Below are positions 1 through 11,555 of a stretch of DNA of 64,000 nt, one piece after another. Under the pieces are notes generated by a model. The model saw nothing but the letters and a program-made list of their open reading frames with translations. It was not told where the DNA came from and ran no database searches. The position numbers and the translations under genes are program-made. The first letter of the stretch is position 1. Each line of letters starts with the position of its first letter. Source of the DNA: Bdellovibrionales bacterium (GTDB taxonomy: Bacteria; Bdellovibrionota; Bdellovibrionia; Bdellovibrionales; UBA1609); contig OZ241840.1 in assembly GCA_965202645.1 (NCBI GenBank), positions 735,523 through 799,522 of the forward strand, read 5' to 3'.

Positions 1-573
1 TCCAAAGCTTCCGCCAATGCACATTACACAAAAAGCGACAGCCAAAACTCTCCCCAGCTTTGGCCAGCCCATCTCCGACAAGCCCCTTTGCAAATACTCC
101 ATAGGGCCGCCCATAATGCGCCCATCCTCGCGCTCCTCCCTATACGAGACAGCCAAAACGCACTCTGTAAATTTTGTGCTCATGCCGATAAACCCCATAA
201 TCAGCATCCAAAAAACAGCGCCTGGCCCTCCCACAGAGACCGCTATAGCCACGCCGGCAATATTGCCCAGCCCGACAGTGGCTGAAAGAGCTGTGGTTAA
301 AGCTTTAAAATGGGATATTTCCCCTTTTTTGTTTTTGCCTTTGTCCAAAACGCCCAGAGCCATTAAAATAGAATGGCGAAACAGGCGAATGTTTACAAAA
401 TTCATCTTAAAAGTGAAAAACAGCCCGCAGACAAAAAGAGCAAAAACAACCAGAGGAAATTTAATTCCCTCTATAAAAAAGAAAACATCAAAAAAGAAAA
501 ATTGGGCTAAAAACCCGTTTATCGCCTCAAAAAAAAGATTGATTTGCTCTGTGGCTCTGTCAAAAAACAGCAT
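1..573 (-). CDS. Amino acid (alanine/glycine):cation symporter, AGCS family; N-terminal 191 codons, gene continues past the left edge
   Basis: Not in the ORF track because the window edge cuts it. Reverse-strand translation from ATG at 573-571 gives MLFFDRATEQINLFFEAINGF...HFKALTTALSATVGLGNIAGVAIAVSVGGPGAVFWMLIMGFIGMSTKFTECVLAVSYRE. This carries the AGCS signature blocks (ALSxTVGxGNIxGVA, GGPGAxFWM). The + strand ORFs 17-679 and 88-285 are its antisense shadow. Confidence 0.75.
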   Translation of the reverse strand, partial: MLFFDRATEQINLFFEAINGFLAQFFFFDVFFFIEGIKFPLVVFALFVCGLFFTFKMNFVNIRLFRHSILMALGVLDKGKNKKGEISHFKALTTALSATVGLGNIAGVAIAVSVGGPGAVFWMLIMGFIGMSTKFTECVLAVSYREEREDGRIMGGPMEYLQRGLSEMGWPKLGRVLAVAFCVMCIGGSFG

Positions 574-750
574 GGCTTTTTCCTCCTTTGGCTATGGCGC
601 TTTTATACCGGTTGAATATAAAATTTCATATTTTTTGCCCCTGTCAAAAGGCTTTCAGCCATCCCCAAAAAAGACATAAAAGGGGCGGGCTGAAAATTTT
701 TTAAACTATTTTTACAAAGCTCTTCCATCAAACGGCGGACACGCCCTTCA

Positions 751-2337
751 TCATATAACAGCTGGGGAGTCTTTCCCATGATCCTTATCCATTTTAGGAC
801 AGCGATCCCCTATAGAGCGGGCAAACTCATCTATATCACTTTGTTTAACATGCGGTTTCGGTTTTTCCTTATCATGATGAAGCCGTTCCAAGTGAGACTT
901 TAAACTGTTGCTGTTTTGCAAATATCTCATGTCCTTTTTTACATTGGAGACAAACTCCCCCACTTCCTTTCGCCGGCTTAGCGGCGCCTTGCCTTTCCTA
1001 TAATTTGACTGAAGATAGCTTTTAAATTTTTTTGTGTCAAAAGGCCAGCTGTGGCCTTGGCGGACACGCTCGCCATTTTCACAGCGCGCCGGCCCTCCGC
1101 ATTTTTTGAATAAAGCTTTTTTCTCCTCTCTTATAAATTCTGAAAGATACTTGCTGGCCACAGAGGCGCCTCCATTATACATCCAATACAAAATATCCCA
1201 TTTTTTGCCCCTGTCAAATTGAAACAGCTGAGATTTTTTGATTTCCAGATCTTGAGGATTATATTGAGCCGCCCTCATCTTTTTATAAACCTCATTGTTG
1301 TCTTTTAAAACCCAATTTATCTTTTGTTTTTTGCCGTTGATTGTGACTGTCCCTTTCACATAAAGAGCCTCATTGATCTGAATGGGAAATAAAAAATCCT
1401 TTTTTATTTTGCCCGAGATCTTCGCTTTTTTTGAAACATCCTTATCTGTTTTGCTTAAATTATTCTCTAATATGAGCATATTGTTTTTTATATGATACAG
1501 AGAGTAAAAAAAACAAGCGGAGGGATCCTGTGTGAGACGGCAGGTGACTCTTAGTCCCTCTTGGGTTTTTTTGAATCTGCCATGGGTTCTTTTTCCCTTT
1601 GGCCCTCCCAGATCAGCCGGAAGAATTTTTAAGGGAAAAATATTATCATTGAGATCTGCGCATTTTTGAAGAGCTTTTCTATAAATGCCGTTTCCCGGCT
1701 TAGAGTTAAGGTAAATGTTCTTATTGATGTCCTTCACAGCGTCCCGGGTGAGCTGTCCATAACAGCGGGCGCCGCTATGGCTTTTGTTGTTGAGGATAAA
1801 AGAGGACTCATGATTAAAAAGAGCAAACAGATAATCCTTTTCTTTTTTGCTAAAATCAAAACAATCCGTCATATAGTGAAACGCCTCATGAGTCATTAAA
1901 GCGTAAGACCGGCTCAAACAGGGCTGTCGGGGGTATAGGGTTCTTTTTTTGCCTTTTGAGTCAACAAGCCTCCTTCTAGTAAAGTTTTTTCGGCTGTTTT
2001 TGCTTTTGCAGTAATAGTAATTTTCAGGACCGGCCAGTTTTGGCACAGCTCTGGAGGCGCTGGCAAAAAAACACTCAACAGGTATGCTCTCTTTTTTAAG
2101 GCTGTCCCGCAGTCTGTGTATCCAATTAAAAAAGCCGGCTTTTTGATCGGTTTTTGTTGGGCGGGCGATACAGTCCATGCAAGCCTCTGTTTTTGAAAAA
2201 GATTTGCTGTACTCATCAACCAGCCGGTCAGTAAAATCTTTATTTCTCCAATCGCATCGCTCATAAGGCGCGGCATATCCAGCGCCTCTAAAAGCTAAAA
2301 GCAAAATAAGCAGATAAATACTTGTTTTTATAGTCAT
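751..2337 (-). CDS. Secreted protein with a divergent SLT-type lytic transglycosylase-like core
   Basis: 528-aa ORF with an N-terminal signal peptide (MTIKTSIYLLILLLAFRGAGYA). NHESSFILNNKSHSGARCYGQLT resembles the SLT catalytic block (E-S-x-F...S-x-x-GA-x-G-x-x-Q) and YWMYNGG resembles the downstream AYNxG block. The rest is unrecognised. Confidence 0.5.
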   Translation of the reverse strand: MTIKTSIYLLILLLAFRGAGYAAPYERCDWRNKDFTDRLVDEYSKSFSKTEACMDCIARPTKTDQKAGFFNWIHRLRDSLKKESIPVECFFASASRAVPKLAGPENYYYCKSKNSRKNFTRRRLVDSKGKKRTLYPRQPCLSRSYALMTHEAFHYMTDCFDFSKKEKDYLFALFNHESSFILNNKSHSGARCYGQLTRDAVKDINKNIYLNSKPGNGIYRKALQKCADLNDNIFPLKILPADLGGPKGKRTHGRFKKTQEGLRVTCRLTQDPSACFFYSLYHIKNNMLILENNLSKTDKDVSKKAKISGKIKKDFLFPIQINEALYVKGTVTINGKKQKINWVLKDNNEVYKKMRAAQYNPQDLEIKKSQLFQFDRGKKWDILYWMYNGGASVASKYLSEFIREEKKALFKKCGGPARCENGERVRQGHSWPFDTKKFKSYLQSNYRKGKAPLSRRKEVGEFVSNVKKDMRYLQNSNSLKSHLERLHHDKEKPKPHVKQSDIDEFARSIGDRCPKMDKDHGKDSPAVI

Positions 2338-2460
2338 TTCAACAACTTAACCTCTATCAAACAGATCTTAAGCTGTCATGAGCCATACATAAGAAATCGC
2401 TGCTGATTTCGAAAAAATTTTGACAAAAATCTCCATGATGCCCTCACAAAAAAACCGCCC

Positions 2461-3762
2461 TTAGTTTTTGCCTGTTTTTTCATTGGCGACACATGACAGG
2501 CCCTGAAGAATTTTTTTCATCCAAGGAGTCTGAATCCTCTCTTGATCGCCCATGTTATAAGCCAAGCGATAATTGCGCCTTAAGACACTCTTTAAAACAG
2601 AGCCTTTTTCCGCCCAAGAGGCGTCCTCTTTTATAATTTCCTTATAAGGGTATTTTTCGCTTTGTATCTGATTGAGAATATCGATTAAAAAAAACCTGTC
2701 CGGCCGCTCTAAAGGGGTTCTGAGCCTCTCCTCAATGTATGTTTCCAACTGCTCCATATATTTCGCAAAAGCCAGCAGTTTTTGCTCCGCGCTCATTCCG
2801 CCTTTTTTGCAAAAATTTGAGATGGCTGTAAAATATTTGTCCAAAGGCTTTTTTATCTCCTGAGAGCTTGTTGCCCTGTAAATTTGAGAAGATCCGTTTT
2901 TAGCCTTGTTTAGCAAGGGCGCTTTAGAGGGCGGAGCCTTAGGCTGAGCCTTGCCTTGAGACTGCGCTTTGCCTTGAGCCTTGCCTTGAAACTGCGCTTT
3001 GCCTTGTGCCTGAGCTTTGCCTTGAGCCTGAGCTTTGCCTTTGGACTGCGCTTTGCCTTGAGCTTTGCCTTGTGCCTGAGCTTTGCCTTTGGACTGCGCT
3101 TTGCCTTGAGCCTTGCCTTGAGCCTGAGCTTTGCCTTGTGCCTGAGCCTTGCCTTTGGACTGCGCTTTGCCTTGTGCCTGAGCTTTGCCTTTGGACTGCG
3201 CTTTGCCTTGTGCCTGAGCTTTGCCTTTGGACTGAGCTTTGCCTTTGGACTGCGCTTTGCCTTGTGCCTGAGCTTTGCCTTTGGACTGAGCCTTGCCTTG
3301 TGCCTGAGCTTTGCCTTTGGACTGAGCTTTGCCTTTGGACTGAGCTTTGCCTTTGGACTGAGCTTTGCCTTTGGACTGAGCCTTGCCTTGTGCCTGAGCT
3401 TTGCCTTTGGACTGAGCTTTGCCTTTGGACTGAGCCTTGCCTTGTGCCTTGCCTTGTGCCTGAGCCTTGCCTTGTGCTTTGCCTTGTGCCTTGCCTTGTG
3501 CCTGAGCCTTGCCTTGTGCTTTGCCTTGAGCCTTGCCTTGTGCCTGAGCCTTGCCTTTGGACTGCGCTTTAGGCTGGCTTTGAGCCTGCGCTTTAGACTT
3601 GCCTTGCGCTTTTGATGAGGGTTTAACCTCATTTTCAGCGCTGGCTTTTTTACTCTCAATTAAAGCGGGCGGCGCCGCTATAGCGCTTAAAACCGGAGCC
3701 TCTCCCCTCTCATAGCCCTTATTGGCCATCAAACCTAAAATCAGAAAAAAAAGAAGATTCAT
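2461..3762 (-). CDS. Secreted low-complexity repeat protein (KAQG/KAQS/KAQAQG array) with a unique C-terminal domain
   Basis: 433-aa ORF. Hydrophobic N-terminus (MNLLFFLILGLMA), then about 200 aa of K-A-Q-G/S repeats, then a non-repetitive ~130-aa C-terminus. The other long ORFs over 2910-3659 are repeat-driven shadows in other frames. Confidence 0.6.
   Translation of the reverse strand: MNLLFFLILGLMANKGYERGEAPVLSAIAAPPALIESKKASAENEVKPSSKAQGKSKAQAQSQPKAQSKGKAQAQGKAQGKAQGKAQAQGKAQGKAQGKAQAQGKAQGKAQSKGKAQSKGKAQAQGKAQSKGKAQSKGKAQSKGKAQSKGKAQAQGKAQSKGKAQAQGKAQSKGKAQSKGKAQAQGKAQSKGKAQAQGKAQSKGKAQAQGKAQAQGKAQGKAQSKGKAQAQGKAQGKAQSKGKAQAQGKAQAQGKAQFQGKAQGKAQSQGKAQPKAPPSKAPLLNKAKNGSSQIYRATSSQEIKKPLDKYFTAISNFCKKGGMSAEQKLLAFAKYMEQLETYIEERLRTPLERPDRFFLIDILNQIQSEKYPYKEIIKEDASWAEKGSVLKSVLRRNYRLAYNMGDQERIQTPWMKKILQGLSCVANEKTGKN
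2940..3590. repeat. In-frame short tandem repeats (units of 15/18/24 nt, gcctttggactgagctttgcc-type) encoding the KAQ array
   Basis: Direct reading shows dozens of near-identical units. All six frames stay open across it. Confidence 0.9.
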
Positions 3763-4112
3763 AATTTTCTAAGAATAATACAAGAAAGCTCTATTGCAAA
3801 GCTTTTTTTAAACAGCTGATGGAAAACCAGTTGGCTGGCTCCATTAACAGGCTAGCTGGCCTCCGCTTTATTGGCTGTTTTACAAGCTGAGCGTTTTAAC
3901 TAGCCGATTCTGAAAAGTCTCTCAGAGAGGGGAAAAAGAAAAGAATCTCCGATTTTTTCAAGGATCTAAACCTTTTTAAGTCTCTTTCCTCGCCATTATT
4001 TTTCTTAAAAATTCTTTAAATTTCAACTCATTTTCAAATGACTAGGGCTTTTTTTTTAGGGCCAGCTAATTACACTGAGGGCTTTTATAAAACGAGGCGG
4101 ACTCACTCCAGC

Positions 4113-4340
4113 CTTGACAATAAGATCTTATTGATTTGTGAACAGGGCTATTCTAAGAAAGATGTCCATTTTTCGAGGACGATCCATCACTTGACAATAA
4201 GATCTTATTGATTTGTGAACAGGGTTATTTCAAGTGAACTGTCCATTTTTCGAGGACGATCCATCAGTCTTGACAATAAGATCCTATTGATTTATAAACA
4301 GGGCTATTCTAAGAAAGATGTCCATTTTTCCAGAGACAAT
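4113..4340. repeat. Three tandem copies of a 77-79 bp unit, each starting with TTGACA fused to a palindrome
   Basis: Unit: cttgacaataagatcttattgatttgtgaacagggctattctaagaaagatgtccatttttcgaggacgatccatca. Copies start at 4113, 4190 and 4269. Copies 1 and 2 contain the perfect 16-bp palindrome CAATAAGATCTTATTG. Copy 3 has it degenerate (aataagatcctatt). Confidence 0.9.
4270..4298 (+). promoter_or_regulatory. Candidate sigma70-type promoter (TTGACA-17 nt-TATAAA) inside repeat copy 3
   Basis: TTGACA at 4270-4275, a 17-nt spacer, TATAAA at 4293-4298. In copies 1 and 2 the equivalent -10 position reads TGTGAA. It faces the small ORF and the ABC-2 permease downstream. Confidence 0.45.
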
Positions 4341-4461
4341 TCAATATAGCATTTCAAAATCAGCCAGTTATAAAGAGGGAATTATAGGCATTAATTTATA
4401 TTAAAAATATTGAGAAATAGGCTACTTAAAGCGCGCCATGATAGAAAATCAAGGAGGAATT

Positions 4462-4620
4462 ATGACTCAAACACTATGCCTTTGCGCCAGCAAAGCAGAG
4501 ACGGGCCGCAAAAATATAAAAAATAATAAAAAGAGCTTATGCCCAGCCGGCCAAACAAGAGCTGAAAATTATTATGAATCCAATAAAAAAATATCTGTCT
4601 CTTTACCAAGAGTTTTTTAA
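4462..4620 (+). CDS. Possible small Cys-containing peptide ORF (52 aa)
   Basis: ATG at 4462 sits 5 nt after a strong SD (AAGGAGG, 4451-4457). Product: MTQTLCLCASKAETGRKNIKNNKKSLCPAGQTRAENYYESNKKISVSLPRVF. It overlaps the start of the permease gene. No homology recognised. Confidence 0.3.
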   Translation: MTQTLCLCASKAETGRKNIKNNKKSLCPAGQTRAENYYESNKKISVSLPRVF

Positions 4621-5356
4621 AATCAGTTTGAGCGAGGAGTTGAGCTTTCGCCTCAATTTCACTCTTCAATCTTTGATGAATGTCTCATTTATCGGCGTTT
4701 ATTTTTTCACTTCAATTTTTATTTTTAATCATGTGGAGCGCATCGGCCTTTGGGATAAAACAGAGTTTCTCCTTTTTTTATCTTTTGTTTTTGCTGTGGA
4801 TCAAACTCATTACATTATGTTTGCTCCAAATTTTTGGCATTTTAGCGAGGACATAATTTTAGGCGGGCTGGACTTTCATCTTTTAAAGCCCGCCTCCAGC
4901 CTGTTTATTGTGTTTTCCAGACGGCTGGCCATTCCCGGAATTTTTACCGCCCTTTTAACTTACTCTATGGTGATTTATTTTGGAATCCAAGCGGACTTGA
5001 GCTTTATGGCCTGGCTGTCTCTGCCTTTTTGCCTGATTTTATCGCTTTCTCTGTTGCTGGGAATAGAGATCCTGATTTCTCTGCTGAATTTTTTTACAGT
5101 GGAGGGGATGGGCGTCAATCAAATCCGCCTGCAAATCCAGCACCTTTGCCGATGGCCGGATTTTATTTACAGAAACCCGGCCCGGCTGTGGCTTTTGCCC
5201 TGTCTGGCCATCACCTCTGTCCCCGTCCGCTGGCTGTTGGATTTAAAATATTGGGATTGGCTGGCTATTATGCTTGTTGGAGCTGTGGCCTTATGGTCTT
5301 TTATTTTTTTGTTGTGGCCAAAAGCCTTAAACCTGTATGTTTCGCCCTCCAGCTAA
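4574..5356 (+). CDS. ABC-2 type transporter permease (ABC2_membrane_6/DUF990-like)
   Basis: 260 aa and polytopic. N-terminus MNPIKKYLSLYQEFFKISLSEELSFRLNF and the GGLDFHLLKP block match this permease family's pattern. No ATPase or partner permease is adjacent. Confidence 0.6.
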   Translation: MNPIKKYLSLYQEFFKISLSEELSFRLNFTLQSLMNVSFIGVYFFTSIFIFNHVERIGLWDKTEFLLFLSFVFAVDQTHYIMFAPNFWHFSEDIILGGLDFHLLKPASSLFIVFSRRLAIPGIFTALLTYSMVIYFGIQADLSFMAWLSLPFCLILSLSLLLGIEILISLLNFFTVEGMGVNQIRLQIQHLCRWPDFIYRNPARLWLLPCLAITSVPVRWLLDLKYWDWLAIMLVGAVALWSFIFLLWPKALNLYVSPSS

Positions 5357-5468
5357 AAATCTTTTTCGCCTCTTCCCCAGCTAAGGGATTTGCAAAGCGC
5401 TCTCACAACAAAATCAGCTGAATGAATGAGCATTTTATATTGAAACAATATCATAAAATTCCACTTAA

Positions 5469-6626
5469 TTAGGGGGGCAAAACGCTGGACTTGTTTTTGA
5501 TTCTAAAACGCCTAAAGATGTTTAGGCATCGCTTCGAAAAGGGGATTTTTGACTCTGACAAAGCCGGAAGCTCCGCCGGCTCCTCTAAGTTTTTTATGTC
5601 TGGCGGCTTTTGGCTTATCATTTGCTTGGCAGTTTCCATATTGTTAAGAGCGCCCTCATGATTAGGATTCAAAGCCAGAGCCTGCTTGAAATCTTCTAAG
5701 GCGGCATAATAATCTTGTTTCAACTCGAGATGCGCTTTCCCCCGGTAAAATAAAGCGTCAAAGCTCTGTGGATCCAGCTGAAGAGCTGTATTAAAATCTT
5801 TTAAAGCCTCCTCGTAGTCATTCAAGTAAATTCTAACAAAGCCTCTTACACTGTAAGCGTCATCAAAGTTTGGGTCTAATGAGAGAGCTTGAGTAAAATT
5901 TTTTTCCGCTAGCTCCCACATTTGATCTTGATACGCTTTTCTTTCAACTGCACTACTTTCTTCATTCTCTAATTGCTCTGCTTTTTTTGCTTCAAACAGC
6001 GCATCCATTCCCTTGTTATACCGCTTCAGCGCTTGACTGTGTCCAATATATGTTATTGGCAGAAAAAAGGGCAGGATTGTAAAATTTCTTGCTCCCAAGT
6101 TTTTTTCTTCCGCTACTTGTTGGCTATTTTCTATATGTTTACGGATAATTTCACTATATCTGAAACCTAAAGCAAGGGTCTCCTCATAGTCTTTTCTAGC
6201 TTTGTCGTAATCCCCTAGAATTGTCCAGACAATTCCTCGATTGTTGAAAGCCAATATATAGTTTGGATATAATTTAATAGCTGTATCAAAATCTTTTAAG
6301 GCCTCCTCATAGTTATTCAAGTAAATTCTAACAGCGCCTCTTGCATTGTAAGCGTCATCAAAGTTTGGTTCTAATGAGAGAGCTTGAGTAAATTTTTTTT
6401 CCGCTGCCTCCCATCTTTCAGCTTGAGCAAATTGTATTCCCTTAGAGTAATCACTCTGAGATTCACTTTCCGAGAATGATATTGACAAAAAAGTATAAAA
6501 TTGAAGGGCCGCCAAATCGTCAGGCAAAGATTTCAAATTCCTATCAGCCGGCTCTTCAGAGAAAACCGGGCAAACCACTGCAAAAGCAAAACAAATAAAA
6601 ATACGAAACAAATTTCCCAACATCAT
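5469..6626 (-). CDS. TPR-repeat protein with signal peptide
   Basis: 385 aa, signal-like N-terminus MMLGNLFRIFICFAFAVVCPVFS. There are two similar halves with TPR consensus (FTQALSL-PNFDDAY..RG.VRIYLN.YEEALKDF.TA..L.P). Confidence 0.8.
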   Translation of the reverse strand: MMLGNLFRIFICFAFAVVCPVFSEEPADRNLKSLPDDLAALQFYTFLSISFSESESQSDYSKGIQFAQAERWEAAEKKFTQALSLEPNFDDAYNARGAVRIYLNNYEEALKDFDTAIKLYPNYILAFNNRGIVWTILGDYDKARKDYEETLALGFRYSEIIRKHIENSQQVAEEKNLGARNFTILPFFLPITYIGHSQALKRYNKGMDALFEAKKAEQLENEESSAVERKAYQDQMWELAEKNFTQALSLDPNFDDAYSVRGFVRIYLNDYEEALKDFNTALQLDPQSFDALFYRGKAHLELKQDYYAALEDFKQALALNPNHEGALNNMETAKQMISQKPPDIKNLEEPAELPALSESKIPFSKRCLNIFRRFRIKNKSSVLPP

Positions 6627-6857
6627 GTCCTCATTTAAAAGCGCGCCCCAATTTTTTGGCTTGATTTAAAATTTCCAGCTGAGTTGTCCATTTTTTAGGG
6701 GCGATTTAAGCTCAAATAGTAGAGAAAAATCCGCGAATCCACAAGCAAAAAATTTGTCAGACTGGAGTGAGCTTGGGAAAAAAACCCATAAAATAAGCCT
6801 TTGCGGACTTTTAAATCTTAAATTATTGAGTTTCTTTTTGGCTCCCATCGGAAAATT

Positions 6858-7025
6858 TTACAATAATATTTGCTGTTTTGAAGTTTGAGACTCCTCTAAG
6901 GAGGATTTTAATTGAGGCTCCGCCGAGCTGTCCGGCGAAGCTTTATCAGCCGGCTCTTCAGCAAAAACCGGGCAAATCACTGCAAAAGCAAAACAAATAA
7001 AAATACGAAACAAATTTCCTAACAT
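6858..7025 (-). pseudogene. 55-codon ORF created by duplication of the 5' end (leader plus signal peptide) of the TPR gene
   Basis: Region 6945-7050 is about 90% identical to 6543-6650. It retains an ATG (7025) and encodes MLGNLFRIFICFAFAVICPVFAEEPADKASPDSSAEPQLKSSLEESQTSKQQILL-stop. It is below the ORF-track length cutoff. Confidence 0.4.
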
Positions 7026-7107
7026 TATGTCCTCCTTTAAGGGCGCGCCCTCAACATTTTTTTATTGATTTTGATTGTAACTTAATGATTTGATGTCCAG
7101 ATCAAAT

Positions 7108-7139
7108 AAAAAAAAGCCGGCGAGCTAAACTCACCGGCT
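7108..7139 (-). terminator. Rho-independent terminator downstream of 5S rRNA
   Basis: Minus strand reads agccggtgag-tttag-ctcgccggct followed by T8. Confidence 0.75.
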
Positions 7140-7149
7140 AAAATAAATG

Positions 7150-7260
7150 CTGGCGCCTTGCTGCTCTCCCATAGAAAACTCTATAGTACCATCGCCGTTT
7201 GCGGGCTTAACTTCTGTGTTCGGAACGGGAACAGGTGTGGCCCCGCAGCTATTGACACCA
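7150..7260 (-). rRNA. rrf: 5S ribosomal RNA
   Basis: The reverse complement reads tggtgtcaatagctgcggggccacacctgttcccgttccgaacacagaagttaagcccgcaaacggcgatggtactat...gcaaggcgcca. It has the conserved CCGAACACAGAAGTTAAGC core and the terminal helix I pairs (UGGUGUC / GGCGCCA). Confidence 0.9.
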
Positions 7261-7301
7261 ACAATCTTTTACATATCAATTTCAATCATTCCTGGCCTCA
7301 A

Positions 7302-10287
<2,986 letters not shown>

Positions 10288-10775
10288 CTCTTGATATAAT
10301 GAAATTTCTCCTTAAAAGATCAAAAAATCTCTTAAGTTAAAAATGCCAAGAATGATTGAAATTGATTAAAAAATCAAAATAAAATCATTTAATTGATATC
10401 TACTGATATACTGTTTTTCAGCTAGAGCAAAACTCAAAAAGCCTTGCTTTTTTAAAGCGCTCTTTACAAAGCGCCTCAAGCTGAAAAATTTTTTTATCAC
10501 AAAAAAAATATTCAGTTGTCAAAGAGCGAAGCGGAAAAAAGCTCTATGGGAAACGGGCAAATTCAAAAAAGCCCTATCTCATAAAAAGCCTGACCGCTTA
10601 TTGAGCCTGCCGGCAAACACCAAAGATTATAAAAAGCCCGAAAAAACGCGCTTTTCTCCAGAAATTCACCTTGAGGCCAAGTGAAGACACTATTAAAGCG
10701 CAAAAGAGGAGTCAAGGCTTTTTTTTATTTTTTTGAGCCATACTGTCATATTATGCCAAATTTTTAAGCTGGGCT

Positions 10776-10886
10776 TAGTCTTGGGCGTTGATCTTGGAGC
10801 GCCGACCTTGAGCTGGTCTTGAGCCAACCTTGGAGCGCCGATCTTGGAACGCCGATCTTGGAGCGCCAGCCTTGAGCCGATCTTGA
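10776..10886. repeat. Short tandem repeat (11-14 bp units, cttggagcgccgat-type, about 8-9 copies)
   Basis: Direct reading. ORF 10693-10899 (-) is just its translation. Confidence 0.8.
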
Positions 10887-11555
10887 TAATGCAGAGCAAA
10901 ATAAGATTATTGACCTAGGCCCTCCAGCCATACATTTAGCCATACACTTAGCTTATGGCGAGCTGTTTTGCCTTATACGGCAGTGTCCGCCCGCGGATGG
11001 CTTAGCCGGCCCCAAGGACAGATCTGCCAGAGCCTTAAAAAGCTCCAAAAAAGGCAAAGTGAGGCTGATATGGAAGGCTTAAAGTTTAATCGTGACAACA
11101 GGGATATGTTGGCCCGGCTTGTCTGGGACACCAAAAAAAGCTAATATGGAGGGCTTACAGTGAATTGTGACAACAGTTATTGCCATTTTAGAGAGTTTTG
11201 CGGCTTTAGGTTATTTTATCAAATGGCAGTCAAACCCCATCCAAAAAGATTAAGCTGTTTTTCGCCTGATTTTTCGCGATCTTTTCAAACACAAAATTCG
11301 TCAAACCCCATTTAAAAAGATCAGGCTGTTTTTCGTCATAATCTTGACTTGTTTGAGCGCCGATCCCCCCACCCTGTGTTATATAGGCCACAGCATAATC
11401 TTGCAATATGGGGCGTCTCAGCGGCTTTAAGATCCCCGCCCAAACCGCTAAAAGATCAACACAGCATAATCTTCGTCTCAGTGGCTTATTTTTTGCCGGC
11501 TGGCCAGTTTTTAAAAAAAGCTTGATTTTTTTTGCTAGCGGGATAAGCTTAAAGT

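Noticed and set aside
17-679. 220-aa + strand ORF (and 88-285) at the left edge
   Set aside because: Its composition is low-complexity and it lies antisense to a clear AGCS symporter reading frame with family signature motifs on the minus strand.
2910-3659. Long ORFs in other frames and strands over the KAQ repeat (249, 219 and 188 aa); likewise 17035-17559, 11574-11963, 11678-11863 and 11704-11910
   Set aside because: They are repeat-driven open frames. Only the frame with a signal or start context and a non-repetitive flanking domain was kept.
10440-10480. boxA-like antitermination element (GCTCTTTACAA) for the rRNA transcript
   Set aside because: The match is on the + strand, whereas rrl is transcribed on the - strand. 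The element is part of a palindrome (gcgctttgtaaagagcgc) and the minus-strand reading does not match boxA.
10288-11555. Hidden 16S rRNA, tRNA-Ile/Ala or another RNA gene upstream of 23S
   Set aside because: No conserved 16S blocks or cloverleaf-compatible sequences were seen, only short local repeats.
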